Shown: positions 34,110 through 45,280 of the stretch, piece after piece | How the letters are laid out: every line of letters starts with the position of its first letter | How positions within the stretch are numbered: the stretch's first letter is position 1 | The notes under the pieces: model-generated | The model's database searches: none | What the model saw: only the letters and a program-made list of their open reading frames with translations | What the model was told of the DNA's origin: nothing | Made by a program: the position numbers and the translations under genes | Assembly (NCBI RefSeq): GCF_000143415.4 | Contig: NW_003314280.1 | Span: 1,049,663-1,113,662 of the forward strand | Direction of reading: 5' to 3' | Length of the DNA: 64,000 nucleotides | Origin: Selaginella moellendorffii | Taxonomy: Eukaryota; Plantae; Lycopodiophyta

Positions 34110-36553
34110 GCTCTACTTCTTCCGAAACGCTGGAAGCATTAGCACAGGAGAAGCTACGAGCGAGTGCTCTGATTCTGGGGCCGCTCAAGGCATGCAGCAG
34201 CGCCAAGGATGGGAAGATCATCCATGGCAATGCCATCCAGTTTGGAGCGATTGCGAACCTTTACGTGGCCAGTGGTCTGGTTCATATGTACGCTCGATGC
34301 GGCAGCATGGTGGATTCGCAGCGGGTCTTCGATGGGATGGTCCAGCACGATGGGGTGTCGTGGAACTCGCTGATTCAAGGCTATGCCACCAATGGGGAAA
34401 TGCCGAGAGCGTTGGGCATTTTGTCGCTGATGATCTGGGAGAGTGAGAAGAGTTCTTCCGTGATTCCGACACCTCGGACCTTTGTCGCTGCACTCAAGGG
34501 GTGTAGCAAGTTGGCGGTGGAAGAAGATGGAAGGCTGGTCAATGGAAAGCTTGTCAAGGTTTCTGCGCTCCAGAAAGTTTCGGAGATTCACTTGGTGGCT
34601 GCGAAGTATGGAAGGACAGACTCGACAAGCGTTTTCGTTGGCAACTCGCTGGTGGATTTGTATGCCAAGTGTGGGAGCCTGGAGGATGCTCGTCGGGTGT
34701 TTGATCGGATGGATCATCGCGACAGGGTTTCATGGAACGTTTTGATGGCCGGATGTGCTTTTCACGGGGAGGAGGAGGCGAGTTTGGAGCTGTTCGAGCG
34801 GATGCTACTCCAGGGCTATGCAGCGAACTCTCGGAGCTTTGTCACGGCACTCAAGGCCTGCTCGAGTCTGGCAGAGAAGGAAGAAGCGATCAAGGGCTCA
34901 CGGGATGGACAGTTTGTGAAGATTGTGGCTTTGGAGAAAGCTATGGCTATACACTCGCAGGCTGAGAGACTTGGCTTGGATGTTTACATGGCCAGCGCAA
35001 TGATCAGTCTATATGCAAGGTGTGGAAGCATCGTGAACGGGCTAAAGGTTTTCGACAGGATGCTGTGCCGTGATCTCGTGATGTGGAACACGATGATTCT
35101 CGGGTGTGCCGAGAACCATGACGCGGAGCTCTCTTTGGAACTGTTCGAGGCGATGAGCAAGCATAGCTGTGAAGCTCCGAATGCTCGAACTTTAGTTGCG
35201 GTGCTCAAGGCATGCGTATATCTGGCCGAGAAAGAAGAAGAAGCGCAGGAGATTTGTGGGAAGAAGATTAGAGTCATGCTGCTCGAGAGAGGCATGGCTT
35301 TGCATGCTCGAGCCAAGGCAACCATGGAACTCAATGGCTTTCTAGCTTGCGCTCTCGTCGAGCTGTACTCCAAAAGTGGGAGCTTGGTGGACAGTATGGC
35401 CGTGTTCGAAGCTATGGCGCATGATCCAGATGTTACGTTGTGGACTGCTTTGATCACCGGGTGTGCTGACAATGGGGAAGAAGATCTAGCTCTTGAGCTC
35501 TTCTCTCAGATGCAAAGTCATGGAGGTTGTGCACCGGACGCTCATAGTTTTGTAGCGGCAATAAGAGCTTGCGGGTCTAGCTTGGCAGCAGCGAAAGAAT
35601 CCAGGGAGACGAAAGTGCTCGTGTGCGTGGAGAGAGGCATGGCTCTCCACTTCGAAGCTACGAAACAAGGATTTGTTTCGAACAAGTTCCTGGCCAGCGC
35701 TCTAGTCGACATGTACGTGAGATGCTCGAGCATGGACGATGCTCGCAGGGTTTTTGCTGCGATCCAGCGTCCGGAGGTGGCAACTTGGAACACACTGCTT
35801 CTGGGATACGTAGAAAGTGGGCAAGGGGAGCTAGCTCTCGAGACTTACGAGCAAATGAAAGCTCGCGGTGGTCTGGAACCGAATGCTTCGACTCTTGGCC
35901 TCGCACTGAGGGCCTGTGGAGTGGCGAGAAGATTGGAAACTGGGAAGAGAGTCCATGGTGAGCTATGCAGGAGAGGCCTTGAAAGCGATGCTGTTCTAGC
36001 AACGTCGCTCATAGATTTCTACGCAAAGTTTGGCAGTCTAGACAACTCTCGCCAAGTGTTCGACTCGGTTTCTACAAGGGACGTGATCACCTGGAACGCA
36101 TTGATAGCAGGATGGAGCAGCCAGGGGAGCTACACGAATTCTCTTGCATTGTTCTACGCCATGCAAGACGAGGATCTAAGGCCCAGCAGTGTCACCTTCG
36201 TCTCGCTTCTCAACGCTTGCAGCCATGCCGGGATGGTTGAGAGGGCGAGGAAGATCTTTCGTGCAATGGAGGAGTCGTCCAAGTTTGCCGTGACGCCTGG
36301 TATCGAGCACTATGGCTGCATGATCGATGTGCTTTGTCGAGCAAACCAGCTCGATGACGCAGTGGCTATGGTGCGAGGCATGCCTGTGGAAGCCAATGCC
36401 GTGGCCTGGACGATCATTCTCAACGAGTGCTGGAAGCGGCAAAACTTGGTGGTGGGAGCGCTTGCATTCGACGCACTACAGAGAATGGGTTTTACCACAT
36501 CCTCGGCCTTCACCTTGATGACCAGAACTTATGGAGCTGGACAAAGTTTATAA
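34052..36553 (+). CDS. PLS-class PPR protein, E subclass (short), long-loop L motifs; start codon unclear
   Basis: 833-codon open frame with PLS triplets and EHYGCMIDVL. No ATG before the first PPR motif; overlaps the previous ORF by 58 nt. Confidence 0.85.
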   Translation: MGRTGTSSQAKEELVLGNLSSTSSETLEALAQEKLRASALILGPLKACSSAKDGKIIHGNAIQFGAIANLYVASGLVHMYARCGSMVDSQRVFDGMVQHDGVSWNSLIQGYATNGEMPRALGILSLMIWESEKSSSVIPTPRTFVAALKGCSKLAVEEDGRLVNGKLVKVSALQKVSEIHLVAAKYGRTDSTSVFVGNSLVDLYAKCGSLEDARRVFDRMDHRDRVSWNVLMAGCAFHGEEEASLELFERMLLQGYAANSRSFVTALKACSSLAEKEEAIKGSRDGQFVKIVALEKAMAIHSQAERLGLDVYMASAMISLYARCGSIVNGLKVFDRMLCRDLVMWNTMILGCAENHDAELSLELFEAMSKHSCEAPNARTLVAVLKACVYLAEKEEEAQEICGKKIRVMLLERGMALHARAKATMELNGFLACALVELYSKSGSLVDSMAVFEAMAHDPDVTLWTALITGCADNGEEDLALELFSQMQSHGGCAPDAHSFVAAIRACGSSLAAAKESRETKVLVCVERGMALHFEATKQGFVSNKFLASALVDMYVRCSSMDDARRVFAAIQRPEVATWNTLLLGYVESGQGELALETYEQMKARGGLEPNASTLGLALRACGVARRLETGKRVHGELCRRGLESDAVLATSLIDFYAKFGSLDNSRQVFDSVSTRDVITWNALIAGWSSQGSYTNSLALFYAMQDEDLRPSSVTFVSLLNACSHAGMVERARKIFRAMEESSKFAVTPGIEHYGCMIDVLCRANQLDDAVAMVRGMPVEANAVAWTIILNECWKRQNLVVGALAFDALQRMGFTTSSAFTLMTRTYGAGQSL

Positions 36554-37539
36554 TGAGACTTCATTTATATCAAACACGTACAAGCAAGCTAGCTGTTTAG
36601 CTGGCGAGCCGATCCACATCATCGTGCAGGCCCTGTTTGATAATCAAAGCTCGAGGTTTGCTTTGTATCGTTCCAACAGGTACTACGAAGAAACTGTTAC
36701 AAGTGGCATCACTTTTGCAAGCCATAGAGACTCTTTTCAGCAGGTACCTTGATTTCTTAGTATTGTGCTTGTTATTCGTCCTTAACTTCTTTATAAAGCG
36801 TAAAGGTGGTGATAGTTTTTCAAGCCCTAATTAAGAGCGCCACTATCTTTGCTCGAGTAGAAATCTTTGTAAGTTTTTTCTTGGCTTAAATTTCAATTTC
36901 TGGTCTTATAGACTCAGCAGCAAGCTGAAAGAAGAAAAGTCAAAGTGAAACACTGAGCACGAGAATTTCAGTCAAGCTGTGATTTTTTATATATGTTTTG
37001 ATTTTACAAGAAAAAACAATGCAAGCAAAGATTTGGAGATATACTCTTGTTATTCTCAATTGTCAAGAAAAAAAAAGTGGAGTGCGTGCCTGATCCAAAT
37101 TTTAGGCCTTCAAACAAGCCCCCTCCCGAGATATCCCCGGAGCAAACGGCAATTATCCGTTTCATTCATTTCCTCCGGCAGCAAATAAAATAATATCAAT
37201 ACGGATGGGCTCGCTTGCTAGTACACGGAACCCAATACGAGTTGCGTATACCAAATCTGTTGATGACGCGGCGCCCGCCTTACGCAATCGATTGACGGTT
37301 TATTCACTCCTTAGATAGATGGACGAGTATTCCTCCCCTGAAAATATTTTAACCTTGATAAGAATGGCTACGAAAATTAGTGTGTTGATTCTTGTTCTTC
37401 CTTTCTAACTAATTCATTTTCTTTGAATCGAATTGGATCAAGGGATTTCTTTTTACTATGCTTGACACATATGTCATGATTAGAGCACGCTTTCTCTTCA
37501 ATGCGTGGGTTGATCCGGGCTGAGTCTTGCATGCTGAAA

Positions 37540-37790
37540 AACTCTGGTCATGGCGTCGATCGATGCTCAAACTAAAATCTGTTCGTTAATCGATGCAGCT
37601 CCTTATGCGGGATCTTAAGTCCTGGACGTCGATGATAGCCGCTTTTGCTTGCCAATGGAGATTCTCGCCGATCCAAGCATGGTCGCCTAGAATGCAATGC
37701 TAGCTGCGTATATTAGGAATAAGATTGTGTTACAGTCCGAGATGGAGGAAATTTCTACTGCCATGCCTGGATATTGCAAACCAGCAAAGT
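37540..37790 (+). pseudogene. Short PPR relic
   Basis: DLKSWTSMIAAFA- and NAMLAAY-like fragments. Confidence 0.35.
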
Positions 37791-38087
37791 CATAGTGGAA
37801 CACAGTAAGCTGGTCCCGCGGTATTGACTCTATCGCCATTATTTTGTCATTCGTTTTTACCAGTCTCTAGTCTAAAAGTAAAGAAATAACATCAAGAAAA
37901 ACTCAGAAAAATCATTTAGAAATCACAGTGTCTTTCTGAGTTCGTCTGAAATAAAATACGCTCCTCTTAGTGTACATATTTAGAGTCAAGGCTTAAAACA
38001 ACCAGCAACCACCGTTCCTCTCTCTCTCAAACCACAAGGAGTCCAGAAATAATTTAAGGTTATTGGATTGAACTAATGACTAATGTC

Positions 38088-38498
38088 TCAGTTCTCTCCT
38101 TTAGACAGCTTGCTTATGTCCGAGGCAGTAAGAGACGTTGCGTCATTCTTTCCGTCGAAGCACTTGACTTGGACGTCGCGCAGCGTGCCAGGATCCACAC
38201 AATGCACAGTCACAGCCACCACGTCCGGATTGATGCGCGGCTTAAAGTAGGAGCAAATCCCACACACCTTGCAAAACAGATGCTTGGTCTGGTGCGTCCC
38301 AAACGTGTAGAGCGAGAGCCACTCCTCGGAGCCGGGCTGAAGCCGAAACCTGGCCTCGGGAACAATGAAATGCGTGTTCCTTCGCATGGCACAATTGGAG
38401 CAATTGCACTCCCACACAACAACGCTGGCCGCGGCGTCCACCTCCCACCGCACGCGGCCGCAGTGGCAGCCGCCTTTGTGTGTCACAAGGCCCTCCAT
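38088..38498 (-). CDS. GFA / CENP-V family zinc protein
   Basis: GGCHCG, CNCSNC, FCKVCG motif set; 136 aa, intronless. Confidence 0.92.
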   Translation of the reverse strand: MEGLVTHKGGCHCGRVRWEVDAAASVVVWECNCSNCAMRRNTHFIVPEARFRLQPGSEEWLSLYTFGTHQTKHLFCKVCGICSYFKPRINPDVVAVTVHCVDPGTLRDVQVKCFDGKNDATSLTASDISKLSKGEN

Positions 38499-38607
38499 CG
38501 CTCTAGATCCACAAACACAAGCTCACTAGATCACTGAATTCTCTATACCTGAGGATAACGATGCCAAAATGAGAACGGTGTTTACCTATGGACTCTTTTT
38601 TTTATCT

Positions 38608-39839
38608 TTAGTATGATGACGCCGACCTCGATCGCGATGAGCAGTATGAGCTACGTCGGTACGAGCGGCCTCGTCGAGGGCTCCGGTAGGGAGAGTAGCC
38701 AGGCGACGCTGAGCGTTCCCTTCTGCCACGAGAAGATGGGGAGTATCCCCTCCTTGAAGAATGCCTGTACTCGCTGCGTCTCCTTGAGTAGGCTGTGGAA
38801 ATCAAACATGGAAGTCATCAAAGAGACGTAAGAAAAAAGGAAAGAAACAGAGGCTTGAGAAGCGAAGGAACTTACAGACTTCTCTCGCACTCCTCACGCC
38901 GAGGTACTTGCCAGGAGTTGGAGTCCGGGCGCGTTTTCTTTTGGCCTGCAACATAGAAGCTCATCAATTGATCGAGCTGCTTGTTCAATCAGTTTGGCTA
39001 GCTGGTTGGTTGGTTCCGATGATGTTTGAGACACCAAAACAGCTCTGGACGAGGGAAATAAGACAAACATAAGAGCATTTCAGAAAGAAGAAGAAGGAAA
39101 AAAAAAAAAAAAAAAAAAACAAGAGTGTCACATACACGAGGAAGAAAAAAAACAGAAAAGAAAAGGAGAGAAATGAGCTCTAAAGATGAATTTTTGTACC
39201 TTTTCCACGGTGATGGAGCGTCCATCCAAGTTGGACCGATGGAGATATTTGATGCACCTGTCGGCATCTTCAACTGTGTCCATCGTCACAAATCCAAAGC
39301 CTCGGGACTCTCTAGTAAGAGGATCAGTTACCAGGCAGCATTCTATAACCTGGTTGTTTCAATCGAAGGAGTGAATAACCTGGAAAGAAGAAGAAGAAAA
39401 AAAAAACAATAAGTAAAGGCTCACCTTGCCTTCCTTGGCAAAGTACTCTTCGAGCCATGACTCCGTCACTCTCGTCGAAAGCCCAGTCACATACAAGTTG
39501 TTACCAGGATTCGCAGTAACATCCCGGTCCCTGAGAAGAAGGAAAAAAAACCAAATCCAAGAGAGAAGAAAATCACAAAGAAAAGAGAATGCCATCGGCA
39601 TTTTGCCAAAGAAACACACCTGACGGGGCTTCGTGAAAGAGATCGCGGCGACGAGCTGTATCTGGGAGACGAAGAAACGAGAGGAGATTCTTGCTTCAAC
39701 AGCGAAGAAAAGAAGAGAAAGACACGCAAATTTCTTTACCTGTTGCGCTTCGGCGACCTGCCCTGAAAGATGATGAGAGAGAGAGAGAGAGAGAGAGAGT
39801 CATAGAAGCTCAAGGCGAGAGAAAGAACGCAAATACCAT
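38608..39839 (-). CDS. SR45a: SR45a/TRA2-like RS-RRM-RS splicing factor
   Basis: NPGNNLYVTGLSTRVT, RESRGFGFVTM, RSITVEKAKRKRARTPTPGKYLG, flanking RS-rich exons; ATG|GT first exon at 39839-39837. Confidence 0.88.
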
Positions 39840-39917
39840 GCTCGCGAGGCCCTCCAAGAAAAAAACCAAGGCGGTGCCCTAGATTTTAAACAACGGGTGA
39901 AAATGAACCTTTTTGCC

Positions 39918-39940
39918 AACCCTAACCCTAGCCCTAACCT
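39918..39940. promoter_or_regulatory. Telo-box-like cluster (AACCCT)n upstream of SR45a
   Basis: AACCCTAACCCTAGCCCTAACCT about 80 nt from the ATG. Confidence 0.6.
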
Positions 39941-40052
39941 CTGGGATTAGTCGTAATCAATTGGGATTAAGTTAATGTGTTCTTTTCCATATAAGTGTTT
40001 CTTTTTCTTCATATTATAAACTTTCATAAACTTTATCGAATTCTTTTGTATC

Positions 40053-41806
40053 TCAATTTAAACTAAGAATGTCCGCCACCCTGTACTTCTCTGGGTCTAC
40101 TAGTGACTTGAACTTGCCGCGGCCATTGAATTGGGCCGAGCCTTGTAAGCTACCATACAACTTCCCAAAAATCCCGTCTACCAGCAGTAGCCTGGGCTGG
40201 AAGGAGCTTACCTCAACATTTAGGAAACTAGGCCTTTCGTAAATTGGCCTGGAGATTTTGAAACTCAGACGAATGCGTTTGGCAACCTCCACTATCACCT
40301 GCAACCAAAAAACAGTTAAGCCTTCAACAATGAAGAACATAAAACCATCACCTCGTTTCTTGTCCGTGAGACCAAGAGATTGTTGAGAAAGTTCCAAGTT
40401 GTGGATTCCATAGGCATTTCCATCTGGTAAGGCAGAGATTAAGCGCCAGAAAACCATGCCTTCAGAGTAATACCTTGTTAATAACAAGCGTTCCTTGATG
40501 CTTGGTGCCACCGTCACTGCTCCAGGAAGATAACCACACAGTCTGGTCTCGATAGACAAGCCCGAGTTCCCTGATATACTGCGGAAAAAAAAAAACGTAA
40601 CTTCATAAAAATAAATGAAAGAGTACTCACAGTTGAGCTGCCTGTGGCAGTCATGATCCTCATGTTGAGCTGCAAGTCCCCGTCCCAAATGAGACAATAG
40701 CTCTGGTCGGGAGTACCGCGGAAATCGAATGTTTCACCGTGAGGGCCACGGATATGGGGATCTCCTCGAACTCCCGGCGAAGGTCTCAAAGCAGCGTTGC
40801 ACGGAGCACAGTCCTCCGAAGCAACGGTGCCGGAAACGTCGGCCGAACTGGCTCTGCAAACAGTGACGGTGGAGCCACCTTCGGCCATGATGTTTGGACC
40901 CTCAAGGCTCCCGGTGTTTTGGATGAAGGACGCTCCGCACACGTTGATTGTGCTCTCGTGAGCAGTGGTGGCTCCTCCAAGCTGGAAGAGAGAATAGAAA
41001 GTGAAAATTTTGAGACAGCACTTCAAGCTTACCGAAGCCGAGTTGTTCTCGTAAGTATTGTCCGCGAGGAATCCTGCCGAAGTGGCCAAGAACTCTAAGC
41101 CTCCGCCACTGAGACTAGCGATGTTGTGTCGAAAGGCCGAGCTTCTTATGTCCGCCTTGCTATTCTCAGAGACTCCAACAGCACCGCCAAAGCCAGCGTT
41201 GTTTTTCACGAACAGAGACTTGTAGATGTCGGCCGCACTCCCGTTTCTAACGCCAATAGCACCTCCGATGGAAAACTGTGAAACCAGCAAATACTCGTTA
41301 GTTGAGAAAGCTGGATGGCAAATATGTAACTCTTACCATGGCAACTTCGTTGTTAATAAAAGCGGCACTATTGACTTCGAGAGTTCCCCCGTCGGAGACG
41401 AGAATGGCACCACCGTCGTCGTTACCGGATTTACCATTCCGGAGCTCCAAGTTGTAGAGCGAGAGCCTTCCGCCCTCGCCTGAGACAGCGAGGTGACGAG
41501 ACTTGCGCTGGGCATCGATGTAGCAGCTCGCGTCTTTGCATGACTTTGCATGGCCAGTGAGCGTGACGCACTTCGTGATGGTCGGCAGCTCTTTGGTGAT
41601 GGTAATGGAGTGGCCCACGACGATCCGGCTGCTGGAGCGCAGAGCTTCGATCAGCTCTTGCTCGCTTTTCACGAGTCCTAAGATGAAAGTACATCGATCA
41701 AAAGAAACGTAGAAAAAGAACTGTGAAGTTTTGCTTTACCCGATACAAAAGTTGTAGACGTAGCGAGAAAGAGAGCGCATATCACGGCAGCAAATCGCAG
41801 CTCCAT
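40053..41806 (-). CDS. Secreted protein: GGA(I/V)/FxxN beta-helix repeats fused to a root-cap/LEA-related domain
   Basis: Signal peptide MELRFAAVICALFLATSTTFVS; GGAIL..FINN, GGAIG..FVKN, GGAVG..FRHN repeats; GDPHIRGPHGETFDF..YCL and VDGIFGKLY; multi-exon with consistent phases where checked. Confidence 0.8.
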
Positions 41807-42096
41807 AGCTCCCAAAGTCGTAACGCTGCTTGTTCTCGCCAATAGGAGAAGTTCTTACATGAACTATAGATCGACCGAGGCGTGAGTTTTCACGAGGAAC
41901 CACACTCTGGATGAGTGTTTCAGGTAGCCACATTTATGCTATACCGGCAAGGTGGAATTCCGAAGGCTAGCCACGAGTTCCAACCAATAGGCTTAAGCTC
42001 CCAAGTTTTGGTGCTACAAGTTAACAAGTTATTCAATCCTGCTGTTACTTAATTCTCCCTGGAATCAAATGCTTGTGTCAGTTCTTCTTCCAAACA

Positions 42097-42831
42097 CTAC
42101 CTGGAACGTAGTTTTCGCCCATGCTGGCACCCGATATCCTGACCGAATGTGTTGTTCTGAGGAGGAAAGTAAGTTCCAGGCCCCGGAAGCCCGCTATCCG
42201 GTCCTCGGTGCCACTTCCCTGTCATTGTGAAGGCCGGACCGCTCCTGCCAGCAACACGTTTGCCTCTGTCCGGGTTATACTGCGCAGGGCCTGGAGTGTT
42301 GTAAAAGTCGCCATAGACCGTCCGAGGTCCCGGGTTACACGTCCTCGATGGAGGAAACCTGTTGGCCATTGTAAACGAGGGACTCTGCGGCCTTGCCGAG
42401 TAGAAGTAAGTGCCTGGACCCGGAGCATCCGTGTCGTGCTTGGTGGTCCGCTTGGACGCCACAGTGAAGGCCGGCCCGCTGTTCTTGTTTGGAAGGGAGT
42501 AAGTGCCAGGCCCCGGTGTCACCTCGCTCAGGAGAAAACGTCTAGGAGTCCATGCGTTGGTGTTGCCTCGAGGAGATGGATGTCGCGAGCGTTCCAGCAT
42601 CCACATCTTCTCCAGGTCCAGGTTTGGAGTCCCCTTCGTGCTCAGGCTGAAAGCCGGTCCCGTTGGGCCGAGCCTTGGATGGTACATGCCTGGTCCCAGC
42701 TTCCAATCTTCATTGGGAGGTGGTCGACGCTTTGCAGCGAGGGTGAAGGCCGGAGGAGAACGGACAACCGGTTTTATACTGGGATTGTAAGCAGCTGGTC
42801 CAGGAGACCTGTCTTCCACCTTGTAGGACAT
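42097..42831 (-). CDS. SHIPPO-repeat (ODF3/STPG-like) flagellar/sperm-tail protein
   Basis: Six PGPGxY-type repeats alternating with (G)PAF(T/S) motifs. Confidence 0.88.
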   Translation of the reverse strand: MSYKVEDRSPGPAAYNPSIKPVVRSPPAFTLAAKRRPPPNEDWKLGPGMYHPRLGPTGPAFSLSTKGTPNLDLEKMWMLERSRHPSPRGNTNAWTPRRFLLSEVTPGPGTYSLPNKNSGPAFTVASKRTTKHDTDAPGPGTYFYSARPQSPSFTMANRFPPSRTCNPGPRTVYGDFYNTPGPAQYNPDRGKRVAGRSGPAFTMTGKWHRGPDSGLPGPGTYFPPQNNTFGQDIGCQHGRKLRSR

Positions 42832-42931
42832 TTGGATGCAGTGCTGCTCCTTCTAATTCGGCGGCTTCTGCAGAACACATAACTAAAGTTCTTGACAGTT
42901 ATAAGACAGTTGCCAACTTCACCTGAATCGT

Positions 42932-45234
42932 TCACGAAAAGAAAATATATAAGCATAGGATTGAACAGGGTAAAAAGACCACGAAAGCTGACACGTAGAG
43001 GGCGCTTCCCCAAAACCACATCAGCTCGACGAAGCTCCACAAACCGGCTGACTCTCTCGCCAGTATGGTTAAAACTACAAGTAGAGGAAAGCACGTAAGA
43101 GCGGGCGCAAGCACCGCGTTTACGCGAGAAATGACTCCAGACTTGGGCTTCCAGAGCGCTCTCCAAGAAGAACTCAAAGGCTGAGCAGAAAGGCACATAG
43201 GAACCAAAAGCAATGCACCGGCCAGAGCTACGGAGAAGTTTACGGCGGAAAGGATTCCCAGAGCAATGCCGGTTAGACCCAGAGTTAAGGATTTTAGTGG
43301 CACGTACCAATCATCTGAAGCGTGTGCATCAGATCTAAGACAAAAAACCGGAGCAAGGCACAAGCCGGACAGGAGAATCCAAACAGCCAACCTTGTGGGA
43401 GCAGAAGAAAATAGATGGAAAAGAATGGCTGGACAGATCGCGTTCCCCAGGGACCATGTCTCAACGAGAATAGCAACAAGGATTGCTTGAGTCCAGGAGC
43501 CAGGCGTAGCTTTGACACTAGTGCAGAGCGCTGCTGCCTGTATGGGAAAATTCGAGAGGAGGAGACCGAAGGGGATAATGTAGGTACTGATGGACACGAA
43601 TTTGTTGGGAGAGACCATGATGTATAGGAAAAGAGACTGATGGAACTTTTCAAGCAGGTTGTTTACTGATCGCAGAACACCTTCAATCAGCCTGCAAGCC
43701 ACCGGGGACTTTACGATCCCGTTCAATGTAGTCAAATGAAAGCTTACCTTCCGAAGTTCGTCAAGAAGTCCATATTATGCTCCAGATCTGTAGAGACCAC
43801 TTCCAAAGTTACAGCATCGAGTTGGAAATCTCGAAAGGCTCCATGAGAACCTGTTGGAACTCCTAGCATCTGCATAAAACACGTCAGTTCACATACTCGA
43901 CACGGTAAATACGTACTTGGTTCCAGCAGGATCTCAAGAGAACAGAAACTCCATTCACGTAGTCCTCAGCTGTAGTGAAGCTCGCTTTAGCATGAGAAAG
44001 AAATGCCTTCCGAAGCTCAGCAGCTTTTCTCCCGACAACCTCAAAGACGTATCCAACACTTCTTAGCCACTGCCAATCTTTGATCCTCGGCACACCCTCA
44101 AGCGTTAAATGGAACTGTTGCCGCCAGGAGACCAACAGGTTGACGACGCTGATCATATCCATGTTCGGCATCTGCCCGTTTGAGCCTTCAGCGTGGATTT
44201 CCAAAGAACTCACTTTAGTAGCACCAGCACCACGAGTAAACTCCAAGACAAACCCGGCTGTAATGCTTCCTGCTCGTTTGAAAAAAATGTCCCTGGAACT
44301 GTTACCATCCTGTGTATAGTGCATCCCCTCGAACGAAGAATCTGATACCAAAGGTTCATGGTACTCTTTCAACCACGCAGCAACTGCCGTGTACTTCTCA
44401 TACTTGCTGTCCGCGGCAACCCAAACGACGTCTTTTGCCAGCCAAAGAGTCCGACTTAGAAGATCTAGTAGCGACAGAGATAAACCCATGGCGATGGCGT
44501 TCTCCGCCGTAAGATTCTCCAACTCGAAGGGTGTAACCAGCACAATGGCCTCGTTGCCGTCCCCTTGATGAGCTCTGAGTATCCCAACCGCATTGACACC
44601 AGGAGTTTGCTCGCGTCCATCGACCAGGCAGTGCTTCCTGGCCTCGTAAGTATATGACGTCGAGAGAAACCCGAGTATGGAGAAGGACCGGGTTGGAGGA
44701 CAAAAACAATGAAAGTAGTAGTCGGCTCCAAGAGCATCCAAACGATCACCCAGCCACTTCCGAAAATCTCTGCACGACCAAAGAAAAAGATTAAAGTTTT
44801 CATAGACTGTGAGAGAGCAATAGCACTGACTTTTGAGGATCAGTGCTGCTCGAGAGTAGCGTTTGGATCTCGCGAGCAAGATCGTGCGCCTTCAAGGTAT
44901 CATAATGAGAGAATGTTGCTCGAGCCGAGCCTGGAATCACGAGATCGATCGGATAAAAATTGGAGAAGAAAAGTATTCAAACCTGGCAACAGCGCATTCT
45001 CGTCGACATAGACAGACTTCGCGAGCACTGGCAGGAGCATCAGCGACACGATCCCCGCAACGCAGCACACAAAACTGGCAGGGTATTCCAGGGAAGATTT
45101 TCACAGATGATTCACAACTAGAGATCGCCTCACCTGACGAGCGCAGCGTGGCGGACGATCAACACAGCAAGGCGCGCCAGCAATCGGCCTTTGAGAGGCG
45201 GCGCCTGCCGATCCTTCTCTCCATCAGCCCCCAT
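42932..45234 (-). CDS. GAA1: GPI transamidase component GAA1/GPAA1
   Basis: GDGNEAIVLVTP, WLAKDVVW, EGSNGQMPNMD, RSVNNLLEKFHQSLFLY, multi-TM C-terminus; multi-exon. Confidence 0.92.
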
Positions 45235-45280
45235 TCTCTTCTCAAGAACCCTAAAATATTTTTCCTTCCTGGGGAAATGT

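Noticed and set aside
39774-39799. (GA)n run
   Set aside because: Ordinary intronic microsatellite.
40053-41806. Recent horizontal transfer or bacterial contamination for the Pmp-like repeats
   Set aside because: The gene has typical spliceosomal introns, a eukaryotic signal peptide and a plant-type C-terminal domain.
42121-42882. 253-aa plus-strand ORF
   Set aside because: Antisense to the SHIPPO CDS.
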